Position numbers and translations under genes: made by a program. A stretch of DNA of 63,614 bases, counting the filler, from Collodictyon triciliatum (lineage: Eukaryota): the NCBI GenBank assembly GCA_043381765.1. It is 6 parts of 6 records of this genome, joined end to end, with 100 filler letters (N's around TTAATTAATTAA, not from the genome) between each part and the next. Parts side by side here need not be neighbours in the genome. Positions count along the whole stretch, not along the records: positions 12,105 to 24,098 come from JBHJMP010002260.1; positions 24,199 to 36,188 come from JBHJMP010002261.1; 4 more parts are not named here. The stretch is one strand, 5' to 3'. Shown piece by piece: positions 12,105 through 27,101 of this stretch (position 1 is the first letter of the stretch; each line of letters opens with the position of its first letter). The notes under the pieces were generated by a model. That model did not search any database, was not told the origin of the DNA, and saw only the letters and a list, made by a program, of their open reading frames with translations.

Positions 12105-13435
12105 TTTATATCGGAAGAATTTGGAGTACGCCATGGCCATCGAGAATTGCGGAGAATCAGGCGTAATGGACCGCCTTTGGTTCTTCAGGCGAAAAAAAAA
12201 ATGGCGACGGTGCTCCGTATGAGATGGGACGTCGTGAGCGCCATTCTCCTTTGTTGTTCAGGACGGCTGTGGTCGGGGTTGCATTCGAGGAGTGAAATAT
12301 CTTTGCATTTTTTGGCGGTGCGAAGCTCCCATCCTTTTGGAATGTGACTTGTTGCAGGATGAAGAACTGTTTCCTTCTCTCGACTTGATGATGCAGAAGC
12401 CTTTTGCTCTATCTCAGCAAAGTTGGCCTGCACCAGCATGTAGTTGGGTAGACTTGCACATTTCACAGTTTTCATACAGAACCTTCCACCGAGCTGGTAG
12501 CGGCTCGGGCAGTGTTTGGCGGGGGTGACGGGATTCTGCTCTCACAGAGCTGTGCTTTGAAATTCGGACATAAGCGATGGATAAGGTGCCCCATTCCACG
12601 CTGCCAGAATCCTTTCGGATGGGTAAGCATATCTGTCCATCATCTCACCGTGAGCGATGTCCATGCAATGCCAGGCGTTATGAGTCCCAGCCCTCCCTCT
12701 GTAGGTGGCTTAGAGAGCGCCTTGATTTTGTACTTTTGATTCTTCGTAGTGATGAAGTTGCAACAGATGTCTTCCAGCTCCTTCAGCCTCTGAATATTCA
12801 GCAAAGTGCCTTTCATGTTGTAGATAAGGGTCGACAACATGAGTTGGTTCCATAGCCTCGCTTTTCCGATGTCTGAAAGATGGAATATTTTCCAAGAGGC
12901 GATTATGGACTTGGTATTGTTGACCAGCTTGTCCCACTTTTCTGTGCAGCCGCTCCCAAACATTATACCCAGGTATCTGAGTATGTGGTTTGGGTATTTC
13001 CAGTCGATGTTTTCTGGTAGGATTTCACCGTCCTGTAGGCCGAATAGGATACCTTCTGTATTGTTGAAGTTGATTTTACCTCCAACTGCAAGTGTGTATT
13101 CTTGCATGCACTTATTTGCCAGGATAGCGCCTTCAGGAGAGCGAGGAATGAAGGCTGTATCGTCGGCATATTGCAGGAGGAATTGGTTGTGGATTTTGTT
13201 GTTGTTTCTGAAGTGGATTGCAAGGCAGTCGGCTACAAAGTTAAAGAGAAGCGGCTCCAGAGAGCACCCTTGGTAGAAGCTGCTTTGTCTCTGGATTATG
13301 TCGGTAGGGCCGTGTGCAGTCAGAACCCTAGTTGCGGCGTTGTCGTGTAGCTTCTTGATAAGTGTGGTGAACTTCGAGCAGAATCCTCGCTTTTTTAGGA
13401 TGATTTCTAGGGCTTCATGATTCACATAGTCATAA
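12105..13435 (-). mobile_element. Degenerate, 5'-truncated non-LTR (LINE, L1/Tx1-like) retrotransposon RT fragment
   Basis: RT motifs YDYVNH, QGCSLEPLLF, LQYADDT, LRYLG, EGGLGL. Premature TGA at 12640-12642 with further stops downstream. No endonuclease or early RT domains upstream. Confidence 0.85.
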
Positions 13436-13696
13436 TCAAGCCTCTCTGACAACCACCCTAAACCCGAGACCGAAAACGACAAGAAGCCTTTTTCCGCCAA
13501 GCGCAAGCAGACGAAATGAGCAATATAATACCGCATTATAGTTACGGTACATGTATGCACACAGAGACCTTGCGACTCTATTTGAACCATTGGCGTTTTC
13601 TTTTTTTCTTTTCCACCACGGCATCAACACCAAGAAGAAGCCACGCCACACAACACCAAACAACCCAGAGTCGTGATTGAATCCCAATAGGCTGAG

Positions 13697-16600
13697 ATGA
13701 ATCGCCGCCCCATGCAAAAGTCGTTCCCGCCGAGGCCCAAGCCAAGCGCAGGATACCCGTCCAGCCACGGGCCGCAGGCGCCCGTCCAAACGCAGCAGCA
13801 GATCCAACAGTCCTACGTGCAGATTCCCACTGTGAAGCACTCCGAGGAGTATGGCAAGATCCTTGCTTATCGCTGGGACACATGCTTGGACCAGAAGCCG
13901 CCGTGGGGCGTGATGATCTTTTTCGAGTCTGGTATTGCGTGGTATTCCTACAGCAACTTCTACCACCTGTCTGACCTGAAGCCTCCTAACTACATTCCCC
14001 GGAACAAGAGTCTCGAGCTGCTCCGAAAAATCCCCACTGTCTACATCCGCCGCGAGCTGCTCACAAAGGTGTCTCGCTCAGCCGTGAAGAGGAAAATCAT
14101 CCTGCTGCAGTTCCAGTCCGACCCTGAATTCCGCAACAAGTGTCGTCAGTTCCGGGAGTACATCAACCGGCTGAATCCAAAGAGAATGGGCCAAGGCAAC
14201 GCGCCTGCCCCAAAGCCGGCTGGCGGAGCAGAAGGAACGCAGGAAGCAGACGAGGCCGGCCCGAAGGACCCAGCCTTGGAGGAAAACGTGGACGACACAC
14301 AGGACGATCCCGTCGATGCAGAGGATGACATCACAAAGATCCAGAGAAAGGAGTTTATGTTTCTGCAGGATCCGGACTGCGACTACGCTGTCAAGATCAT
14401 AGCTCAGTACCGAGGCACCGGGACCATCATTCCTCCGCCGTTGGCCGTCTCCATGCTGCAAACGCCTGCAGATGGAACACAGGCATCCTCAGAAACACAA
14501 GAGCCTGCTGTCAGCCAGAAGGCTCTTGCCAGTGCGGCTGCAGCTGAGCGCAAGTCAACGGCAGTAGCATTCCCGCACTCCAAAAACATCGACCAGGTGA
14601 AAGAGTTTGTCTTTCGCATCTATCCAGAAATCAAGGCTGCATACGCCGAGCTTGTTGATTTCAGCAACATGAATCCAGACGAATTTTGGAAAGATTACAA
14701 GACGGAGCTTGATGTTGTCAGAATGCAGTCGATGCGTGTTGAGCAACCTATTCCTAGCAAAATTGATGAGAGAGCCATCCGAAGTGAAAGGTGAGTCCTT
14801 TCCTATACGCAATTATGTTTTTTTTTTTTTTTATGAAAAGTCGGCTATTAAAAACAGACTATGCATATGCGTATTGCAATATCTATTTTTCATTTAAAAA
14901 TTATTTAATGGCACAAAAAGAATTCATCAAGCTATTTTTTTATTCCACCTTTCAATTTGAGCGAGATGGTGTAGGTTTTGGCAAACGAATTCATCATCCA
15001 TATTACTGTGGTCTTCAATATATATCTATATGTAGTTCCAAGCACAAATGCGAGTTGGTCTTGTCAGAAGAAGATAAAAAGAGACTTTTCTCTGCTCATC
15101 CGGATATTCAAAAAGAATTTCAAGAGGCAGTATCTGTTAAGAAGGTGGGGTCTATTATAATTTTCCTCTCTATCCGAACCCATGTTTTTTTTTTATTTGA
15201 CTCAAAGAACGCTCCAAAATAATGTCCAATAAGTGCAAAGGTTGGAGCAAATAATATAAATTTATGAATTATTATATCCCGGATACAAGAGGCTTCCTGT
15301 GATTCTCAATTCACTCTGCTGTTAATAGATTCCTGAAAAGATATTTTGGAGTGAAAAACTCTCCAGAAAAGATGCAACATGCGAACAGATCCGAAGCTAT
15401 TTTAAAGAGCAAGTCGACCGCTACGGTACAAACAATATAATATTCACTTTCGTGAGAAAGTTTGTAAATCCCTTTATATAATTTTTCTTACTACTTTCAG
15501 TATCCAAATTAAACAAACGAAGTAAATTAATCACTCTTGTGAATTTTATTTTCTACTTGAAGAATCGCTTTTGAAAAGGAATAGTGCTGGAATGATTTTA
15601 CGAACCGATATATCAGAAAACACTCATGAAACAGATGTTTGTTACTTTTACCAACGGACCATATTTGACATAATAAAATAATCAGTAATATGCAGTATTT
15701 TATGCTAATTCACTGATATTATGATTCACCGCGACAGTAAACAAAAAGGTAAATACGCTTAGGGATACGGTATTTATTCAAAAAATGACGAAGCTCGGCC
15801 TGAATTGAAGAAAACCAGAATTACGCCTTACTCCCTTCTGAACCACGCTCTTCAAATACTTGATCGGTAAAAAGGCCTAGATAATTCTTTTGTTAAATGA
15901 TACATAGTCATAATTTACCTCTGTGATGCACAGTATATACAAAATACAGACTTGAAGTGAGCGAATGCTATATGATGTGGAATGCTTTTCCCCCCTTTAT
16001 TCGATTCAAGGATAAGTTGTAGAATGTTGGTAGATTACCAAATAATTCAAAAAATGACTAATATATTGCTTTCTCGTTCATAAATGATCAAAAAAAAAAA
16101 AAAGGTCAAAAAGGCAAGAGAACGCTCCATCCCAGAAAGACTTCATAGTTGAATCGCTGAGAATTCCAGAGTTTGAAATTGAAAGCAAATTGAACTCAGA
16201 TCCATTCCTCCCCGAAGTATTTTCTATATCATTGAGATACCCTCTTTTATATATAAATAAGGTATTTAATTCACATATATGCATATATAACCTTCTTTTT
16301 ATTTATTTGTTTTTAAATGAAAGTATACTGTACATGTAGAAATGGAGCTCTGCTTTATCGGCATACCAAGGCTCGAGTGAGGTGAGGCTTACTTATCACT
16401 CCCTGTTCATTTGCGACCATGCAATCATTCATGAATCAGTCCCTCATAAAAAAAGAATCTGAAAAGTAATCGTCTAGGATATGACAGCCACAGACGTTTC
16501 CTCTGTGGTATCTTTCTTCATAAACTATGAACCTGGGGTATGTGATTCCGTTTCTTTTCCTTCTCCTTCTCCTTCTCTTCCTTTTATCCTAATTGCGAAC

Positions 16601-17534
16601 TGTATGGAGAAGGAAACTCAACTTTCGTCTTACGACATAATCATATTTCTGATATGTTCAAATACATATAACTTACTATCGTGAATCAGATTTCATTATT
16701 TATATGCACTTTCCAGAAACCTATGCAGCCTCCCGATTATCACATTCATTTGCAAGCTACTGGAAAAATGTACAGTAATATGCACGAGGAGGCTGCAAAA
16801 TTTGGAAAAGAAGGTCTATGGTGCTTCTTTTTAACCATATTTCAACAAAATATTGTATGACGTCTTTCTTTTCTTTATTTCCTCTTTATGTATCTTTCTC
16901 ATCCAGATTAAAATGATTATTGCGCAAAATTTTTTTTAAAAAAAAAATATGCAAATATCTGTTATGATAATGGTAAAGTAAGTGCCTTTTTCACAAAGCG
17001 TTATATCATCTTAGAGGAGATGAACGGGGAAAACATTATACAGATGAAGATTCTTTTCCGCAAGGCAAACAGCATCTTGAAGAAGCTTTACGAAGCAAAG
17101 TGCGCTGCATTTCCTTCGCTTGTCTTATGCCAAATCTTTCATCTCACAAAATTATTTTATTCATCAAACATACATACATACATACATACATACATACATA
17201 CATACATACATACATACATACATACATACATACATACATACATACATACATACATACATACATACATACATACATACATACAACTTCTGTATTGCGTCGG
17301 TTGGCATAACTTGCAATATACTACGAATTCTCCCTTTTCAGCTACCAGCTTGGAGACAACAAGGGTGATATGATTAGATATACGAGGCAAGTGCAGGAAA
17401 TAAAGAATGACCTCGACAGTTTCCGCGATGGGTTGGAAAGTGAGGCACGGGCCAAGCTGGGTTCTGTAATTGGATCGATGTACCCGCAGATCGAGTGTGC
17501 TCTTGAGCGATTCCACGCCTACCTGGTTGATTGA
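13697..17534 (+). CDS. GTF2H1: TFIIH subunit p62/Tfb1 (PH-like N-terminus plus two BSD domains)
   Basis: BSD1 VKEFVFRIYPEIKAAYAELV...MNPDEFWKDY; BSD2 LSEEDKKRLFSAHPDIQKEFQEAV..KK|IPEKIFWSE; downstream D|GYGI...LLNHALQIL motif typical of p62; last exon ends ...AYLVD-TGA at 17534. Confidence 0.75.
17169..17281 (+). repeat. (CATA)n intronic microsatellite (related (ATGT)n at 24199-24294 and 55342-55458)
   Basis: Tetramer tandem repeat, near-perfect. Confidence 0.95.
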
Positions 17535-17843
17535 CGAAGGCCCTAAGCGTGGTATCGTTTGCTGCGATGCCCCAAGCCAAAGGATAAATGACTCATAAAT
17601 CACCCGCTTAATACATTATTGTTATTTTATTTTTTTTTTAAAAAAAAAAAAGGAAAGGAAGAGGCATTTTGTGTTAAACTATACGGTTCATTAGTTTGCT
17701 TAAGTTTTGTGTTAACAGCCCATTAAAAGTTACTTTTAAAAAAAACCGATAAAGAAAAGAAGTGGGCGTGTTTCATTCTTTTTGTTTTTTCTTTTTATTT
17801 TCCTTCCTTGCTTTTCAGATGTGTTGCGTCCGAGATATTCCGA

Positions 17844-18990
17844 TTAAACACCTAAAATTGATTGGATTTTTAGAAAAGTTTTCCGATGAGATTGTACAGA
17901 TAAGATTATTTATTTCATACCATATTTTTGAAGAAAAAAATAAGCCACCAACATAAAAACAAGTTTTATGGGATGAAGCAAACCATATTTTGCCTTTGCC
18001 TTTTCGATATCAGCCTTCTTGTTGGTTATGTCGACCTTCTTTGTTTGCCTGTTCTGCTGGTAGTAAAGAACAATCAAGTATGTGGATATATCTGTTAAGA
18101 AACTTGCTATTTATTGATGGAATCAATCAGTGTCTTTTTTTCGTTCGTAGTGTTCTGGATATAAATTCAGTTCAAGAGAAAAAGAAAGAATGAAAAAATA
18201 TGTTAATGCGAAAGTAAAAAAAAGGATATCGCCCCCCAACGTTGAAGCCTGAGAGATGATCAAGCGCATTTTTTGCATCGTAAATATCCTCGTATATAAC
18301 AAATGCTGTTCCTCGTGTGTCTTTTGCGTTGCCTCTGTTGATCAATTTGAGATTGAATGATTTAAAACAATCTTTTCCTTTATTCGATTCAAAGTGTATA
18401 AATGAATAAAAAAAAAAATACAACGTAGTGTTTATAAAAACACACAAGCTATATCAGATATAAAGGTGCAGTACTACGATGGATAGGGACATCTGTACTG
18501 GTTTTAAAGAAAAGTGGATTTTTTTATAATAAAAAAAAACAAATAATTAAAGCTTGAGGTGAAAGTGGAAATATTACACTCGAACTTGGCGGATGGCTCC
18601 ATATTTCCCAAAGATGTCGTACATTTCCTCACTACTGATCTCAAAAGGCAGATTTCTATAGTTAAAAAGAAAAAAAAAGTCGACCCGTCATAAGGTAGCA
18701 AAAGAATAAGGCTAAAATGAAACGTCAAGTCATTTATGAATTTTTAGGGTCGAGAAAGTGCAGACGACTAGGTTGCGCTTTATTTTATTTCAACTATGTT
18801 TTGGCTTCCATTTTTCCGGGACTTTGATCTTTCAAACCTGACATAAAGGACACGATTGACATCTGGGGGGAGACGGACCTGTATAAAGCATGGTTTTCAG
18901 GCGACAGAATGGCGGTATTTGACGAATTAAATGAGGCAGTCTTGGTTCTAACTGGACGGTACTTACGTTTGCCTTGCGAGCTAGAGCCAT
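17844..18990 (-). CDS. SF3B6: Splicing factor 3b subunit 6 (p14/SF3B14), RRM branch-site protein
   Basis: Spliced translation: [92 protein letters not shown]...KAKY|GV*. Confidence 0.95.
18082..18229 (-). other. U12-type (minor spliceosome) AT-AC intron in SF3B6, 148 nt, phase 2
   Basis: Donor ATATCCTTTT at 18229; branch site TTTCTTAAC at 18102-18094; acceptor CCAC ending at 18082. Removal restores the conserved [11 protein letters not shown]. Confidence 0.93.
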
Positions 18991-20598
18991 GATCTGGGCT
19001 TGGAGACTAGGGTTTAACAGAATTGAGAAAATGTCGGTGTCTCCTGATAAATTGGGACGATGAAAACAGGCAGAGGCAAGTGCATAAGTATACGAGCATT
19101 TTCTCTGGCGCGTCTGCTCTCTGATCAAATCCCCGCTGTGTTCTGCTTCTTGGGAGCGGAGAGAAACGTCCTGCGTCGTCTTGGTTTCAGATTAATCTCC
19201 ACGGTTTTTTGAGTCTCCATTTCTGGAACATATTTCGAGCGAGAAAATGACCAAGAGTTCGCCAGGCCGCAAGCAACCAACCAAGCGAAAGCCGGGTTAG
19301 GGCTGCGAAATTATCTTTACTATTTTCTCTTCCGTTCATCTTTAGGTTTCACATGCGATTTATTCTCAGAGTCGGAGGGATTGCTTAGGTTAGTTAGATT
19401 GGAATCAAATCCACATACAAACATAAACACATACATATACAAAAATGACAATGATGAGAATCCAAATTGTGCGCGCCTCAGTCTGATCCTTTGGTGCTTG
19501 TGTCTAGGCTTTGTCCGGAATGGCGCATCCCTAAAACGATGTTGCGAATATAGTCTCTTTTACGAGACGCATCTAATGGTTCAAACCAATTAGAGTATCC
19601 TCCGTGAGTTTTAGCCTGTGGATAAAGAGTTATGTAAGTGCATCGCCTTGAGTCTCTGTTATATATTTTGGCATGGATTTGATAATTATGATGATAATCA
19701 TCGTAATCAGGTAAACAATGCTCTGATATCCAAAATAAATTCTTGCTTGTGCTACAAAACTATCAGGGTCCTCTAGAAATTTATCAATATAGTGCAGAAC
19801 AAAAAGGCCACAGTCAAATCCATTTGTTTGAAGAGGGACCTATATGAAATACAAAACATTAAACTAATCAAAAATCTCGACATGGAAATAATTCAAAGGG
19901 GGAAGAAGCACACTATTCGATTCCCTGAATTTGAATAATATATGCATAAATTAATAACGATACAGGTACTGTGCTGAAAGGACGTTTCGTCAAAAGAGAA
20001 TATTCTAAATCTGAAGATGAACTCGATAGCTCACATATATATCTATTTAGTTTAAGGCTTTCAGTTTTTCAATATAGTTTGTTGTCTGATAAACTTTCGT
20101 AATATGAATATTAAGTCTATGTCAACTTCACTCGTATATAGACAGATGATTAAGCAAAGCAATTTTTCCGTTACCTTTTTATCACTGTTTCTACTAGGGC
20201 AGGCTCAGTTCCTAAAGAGTCGAGATAAAACGCTATGGGCTCGTCTTGGTCGATGCTTCTCAGTTTATTTATTATCACAAGACTCCAATGATAACTGAGA
20301 GGTATAGTACTAATTAGACAAGATATTGGATCGAAGAGAAATCTTATTCGGATTACTGTATTAATTGAAATACTTTTGATAAGAGTAGTGTGGATTATTT
20401 ACAAGATATTTCCTATTATATTTGAAGAAGTACTTTGAATCGAATAAATGAAAAAATATTTCAAGTACTTTTTGTTAATTGGAATGAAGGTAAAGTCCTT
20501 CATGAGAGGGTCTTTTGCGATACTCCATCTATGAGAAAAACGTGTAACCTAACGCATCAACGGTCTATCTTGTAAGATTACAACATATGTGTCATATC

Positions 20599-23389
<2,791 letters not shown>

Positions 23390-23686
23390 GCACTATCCCA
23401 ATGAGTCGGTAAGATCCTGTCGACCGTTCTTTCATCATCAACAGCAACAACGACATCAAATCATCGCCGGGCGCGGGACAATAAAACAGCAATTTTAGTC
23501 GCGCGCTCGACTGGGAGCTCTACATTATTGTCATAATTATCGGTGCCACATCACTGCAGCACGACTTCTACAACGATTATATATGAAATGGTGCGATTGC
23601 AAAGAGTTTGTTTATTCTTTAAGGTATCCCAGCGCTGCACTCGCCTCTGCGTGCCCATATGCTGGGGATATGCTTTTTGTTCTTCT

Positions 23687-24053
23687 TCAAGCCTGTATCT
23701 TCTTCAGCAGCTCATAAGCGATGTTGTTGGTTTTAGATGCAGCCTCGAGAGGGCGGATGTACGACCTGCGTTGAGTGTCCATGCAAATGATGTATATTAG
23801 CGGTATAAAAGTTTTTTTTTTTGAAGAGGGATTCAAACGGGGAGATGGGAAGCGGGAAATACGAAAGAAAGAAAGAAAATGGGGTGATTATCGTTAATTT
23901 TGGATGGAAGGCCTAATCCTTCAACATTGTGCAAGCTTTTTTTTTTCCTTCATCTTTTTCTTTCATACTTGAGAACTTTGGCATCGATTACGCCAGATTT
24001 GCTCGCAACAACATAAAGCTTCAGCGAAAGGGTTGCGCTGCGTGTTGTAAGTT
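23687..24053 (-). CDS. 3' end of a hypothetical helical protein (two exons; the rest is off the scaffold)
   Basis: cag|..LTTRSATLSLKLYVVASKSGVIDAKVLK|SYIRPLEAASKTNNIAYELLKKIQA* joined by an in-phase GT-AG intron. Confidence 0.45.
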
Positions 24054-24908
24054 CTGCGTGAGATATAAGGCGGCTGAACAAGTCCAAGGAACGCAGTGNN
24101 NNNNNNNNNNNNNNNNNNNNNNNNNNNNNNNNNNNNNNNNNNTTAATTAATTAANNNNNNNNNNNNNNNNNNNNNNNNNNNNNNNNNNNNNNNNNNNNAT
24201 GTATGTATGTATGTATGTATGTATGTATGTATGTATGTATGTATGTATGTATGTATGTATGTATGTATGTATGTATGTATGTATGTATGTATGTTTTATA
24301 CGCCATGGATGTAAATTGATTCCAGCATTATGAGAAATACTTTTATTAAAAAAAACTTCAAGAAACAGAAATAATTGAAAATAATAATAAACTCCAAAAT
24401 TACATGGATAAAAGAGTGAATGTCAGATTGTTGAGAAGTATATGAGGGTGATGGCCTTTACTACAAATAATAAAATGAATACTCATCATCGTTGTAAATT
24501 TTTGTTTATGTTAAATTGTATGCTTCAACCACCTTGCTGTTGAAAAAAGCTAAACCAATTATAGTAGACTCAGTAACGAAAATTGTAGAATCATGCTTGA
24601 AAATAAAGATATGTAAGACAAATAAAATACAGCCATTAGCTGGGGGATTTCTGATGAAAAATATGACGAAATCATAATATATGTTCTTTATTAGTATTAC
24701 TATTATATTTGTTCGAATTTTCTGGTGGAGATAAACTTTAAAATGAAGTAAACTTGGTCCAGGTGGCATGGATATGCATAATATTTAATTAAGGTTTATT
24801 CGGAAAAGTCAAGAAAAGGTGAAATGAGATAAAATTAAATGAAATTAATATAGGAAAGAGATAGTGCTTTGAGAGAGGGTTTTATCTCGTTGGAAAAAAG
24901 GAGGAAAT

Positions 24909-27101
24909 CTAGAAGATTCCCAATATCTCGTAACCATCATTATCGTCGTCAGAATCTTGCTCTATATCCCCTGTAAAGTACGATCCGATTGCGTCGATTT
25001 TTTTGTATATACCCCCGTCGTTACGAATTAGGGTTTCCAGGTGAGCCCTTCTTTGTAATATTACAAATACTTTTTTTGTTGTTAGCTGAGTTCGAGGTAT
25101 TTTAAATTTTCTAAAGCATCCTTGTGATTCGACACTGAATATAAGCAAAACACCAGGTTGCTTGTGCGAAAAACGAATTGTAAAACACGGAGTTGCAAGG
25201 GTGCGTAACCTAACTTCTTCTGTATTTGGGTCAGTAGGTCCCTGCAGCCACCCTTCTCTCCATATTGCCCCCAGTCCGGGATCATGTTTCAAGGTCTTTT
25301 CTGCCTCGTAAAGGATTGGCCAGACCTTGGTTTTAAATAACTGATAAGACAAATGGATGGTGCTTTGTATTTGTGATTGTGTGGATGGCGCTGCAGTTAT
25401 CGATACTTCTGTGTTTAATGCCCCATGATATGCTATATGACAGAGATAGTAAAAGGATTCCATTTCAAAGGAGCGACCGAATCGTGAGGCCCAAGTTTTT
25501 GATATAAAGTCGAACACCACATCGATTTGAACCTGGCTTTCTTGTGCTCTGGCTCCCAATGATTCCCAAATAATTTTTGCTATCTGGTCTCTTTGGTGGT
25601 TGGCTTGCGCGCTAATCACAACAGGTACTGCTATTGGTTGGATGAAGCTACTTCCTTCGGATGCTGTCGGATTTTCATCCACAAATTCTTGGCCAAAGTA
25701 GTTGGTGTGATTACCGTCAGCTGTTTCATAACTGCTCTGCATATTTCGCGAGTAACTTTCACGCTGCAGAGAGTGCGTGAAATGCGTAGTGTCTGGTATT
25801 GATGATTCATCCCAAGAGCCCATAAATTGGACCCAATAGTAGCCTCCTTCGCTACTGTGGTTGAGGCGCATGTTGTGGAAAGAAAATATCGCATAATTTT
25901 CTGCAGTTTCTAAAACAATTCCATTTGGATGAGTGATTGGCACGAGAGAGGGGTCACGACGGGCAACGATGGAACCAGATACGACTGGAGTAGAACAAGA
26001 ATTCTCTAAAATCTTTGTCGAGGCCTTTGTACTGAATCTCTCAAGCTCTGGGCTGCATATGGATATGAGTGTTGATTCAAAGCGCGTAGAGGGAGAGCAG
26101 GTCGACCGGGTGTCGTGCAGAGAGGCTGTCACATGGAACATTCTCCATTCTTGCGCACTGACGAGGCACCCGCATCGAACATTAACGCGAATGTGGTAAT
26201 GAGGATTTGTCAGTTGCTTGTAGATGACCACTCCGTAGTCTGGCTGTTGAATTACACTCATTTCTAGTGTGTGAGTGCAAGAACGCAGGAATATGCAAGG
26301 AGGTATTGTTGACGATTCCGTTCTTGCAATATGGCTGATTTTTTGCGGTCTCTGTTTTTTTTCCTTCTGTGGGTTTTGTTCCACCGATGTCTGTTGCTTG
26401 GAAATTGGTCGTCCTCGTTTCTTCTGCTGGGTCGTTTTTACAGTGATATCATCGCCTAGCCCGACCAAATTATTGCGCTTGTGGACAACCACATCTGCTG
26501 TGACATTCTCCTTGGTTATTTCTGCCGTGAGATCGGAACTTTCAAAAGATTCGTTTGGGTTAGGATGATCTATGTGGACATGGACTCCAAAGGAAGTATT
26601 ATTATTTGATTTCAAAATGCTCTTTTGTCTGCGATTGCAGTTGCTATGATTCTCTGGGGAAAGAGTTTGTGAGGTGAGCAGGCGATGGGATTGTAGGGAT
26701 CGAAAACTACTTGGACATGAATTCACTGGAATCGGTTTAAAGGCGTCATACAGCTCAACCCCGTGGGGCATGTGGCTGCTTTGCATATCTACTTCTGAGT
26801 GCTGTATTGGTTGCAAGAACAGTACTGGTAAAGTTGTCGTGAAAGGATACGAGCAAGTCGTATTTGAAGGTTGCGTGAATTTTTGGGATGATTCCAAGGA
26901 CTCCGTATATTCATGGGGCGGGATGTGTGGGGAAAATGTTAAGGAGTCAGGGAATAGGCAGGGAGGGGAAACAAGGCCATGATTATCGTTGACTAGAGAC
27001 AGGCTCTCAGACAACAAGTTATGGGGTTGATGTGCCGCATTATTCTCGGGAAGGCCCGAGTTGACCTTGACTTCCATCGCTGTTTTTCTTGTGGTGGTCA
27101 T
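24909..27101 (-). CDS. STAT-like transcription factor (Ig-fold DNA-binding region, linker, SH2, C-terminal Tyr), single exon, 730 aa
   Basis: SH2 core IWREGWLQG...CFTIRFSHKQPGVLLI with the invariant Arg; terminal DDDNDGYEILGIF; DBD-like VIQQP..VIYKQL, FSFHNMRLNHSS, PIAVPVVISAQANHQ; low-complexity N-terminus with KKRGRP. Confidence 0.75.
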   Translation of the reverse strand: MTTTRKTAMEVKVNSGLPENNAAHQPHNLLSESLSLVNDNHGLVSPPCLFPDSLTFSPHIPPHEYTESLESSQKFTQPSNTTCSYPFTTTLPVLFLQPIQHSEVDMQSSHMPHGVELYDAFKPIPVNSCPSSFRSLQSHRLLTSQTLSPENHSNCNRRQKSILKSNNNTSFGVHVHIDHPNPNESFESSDLTAEITKENVTADVVVHKRNNLVGLGDDITVKTTQQKKRGRPISKQQTSVEQNPQKEKKQRPQKISHIARTESSTIPPCIFLRSCTHTLEMSVIQQPDYGVVIYKQLTNPHYHIRVNVRCGCLVSAQEWRMFHVTASLHDTRSTCSPSTRFESTLISICSPELERFSTKASTKILENSCSTPVVSGSIVARRDPSLVPITHPNGIVLETAENYAIFSFHNMRLNHSSEGGYYWVQFMGSWDESSIPDTTHFTHSLQRESYSRNMQSSYETADGNHTNYFGQEFVDENPTASEGSSFIQPIAVPVVISAQANHQRDQIAKIIWESLGARAQESQVQIDVVFDFISKTWASRFGRSFEMESFYYLCHIAYHGALNTEVSITAAPSTQSQIQSTIHLSYQLFKTKVWPILYEAEKTLKHDPGLGAIWREGWLQGPTDPNTEEVRLRTLATPCFTIRFSHKQPGVLLIFSVESQGCFRKFKIPRTQLTTKKVFVILQRRAHLETLIRNDGGIYKKIDAIGSYFTGDIEQDSDDDNDGYEILGIF

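Noticed and set aside
12640-12642. In-frame TGA at a likely Trp position in the RT, suggesting TGA=Trp recoding
   Set aside because: The element has other stops and is decayed. Host genes use TGG for Trp, TGA ends GTF2H1, and no in-frame stops were needed in the conserved genes.
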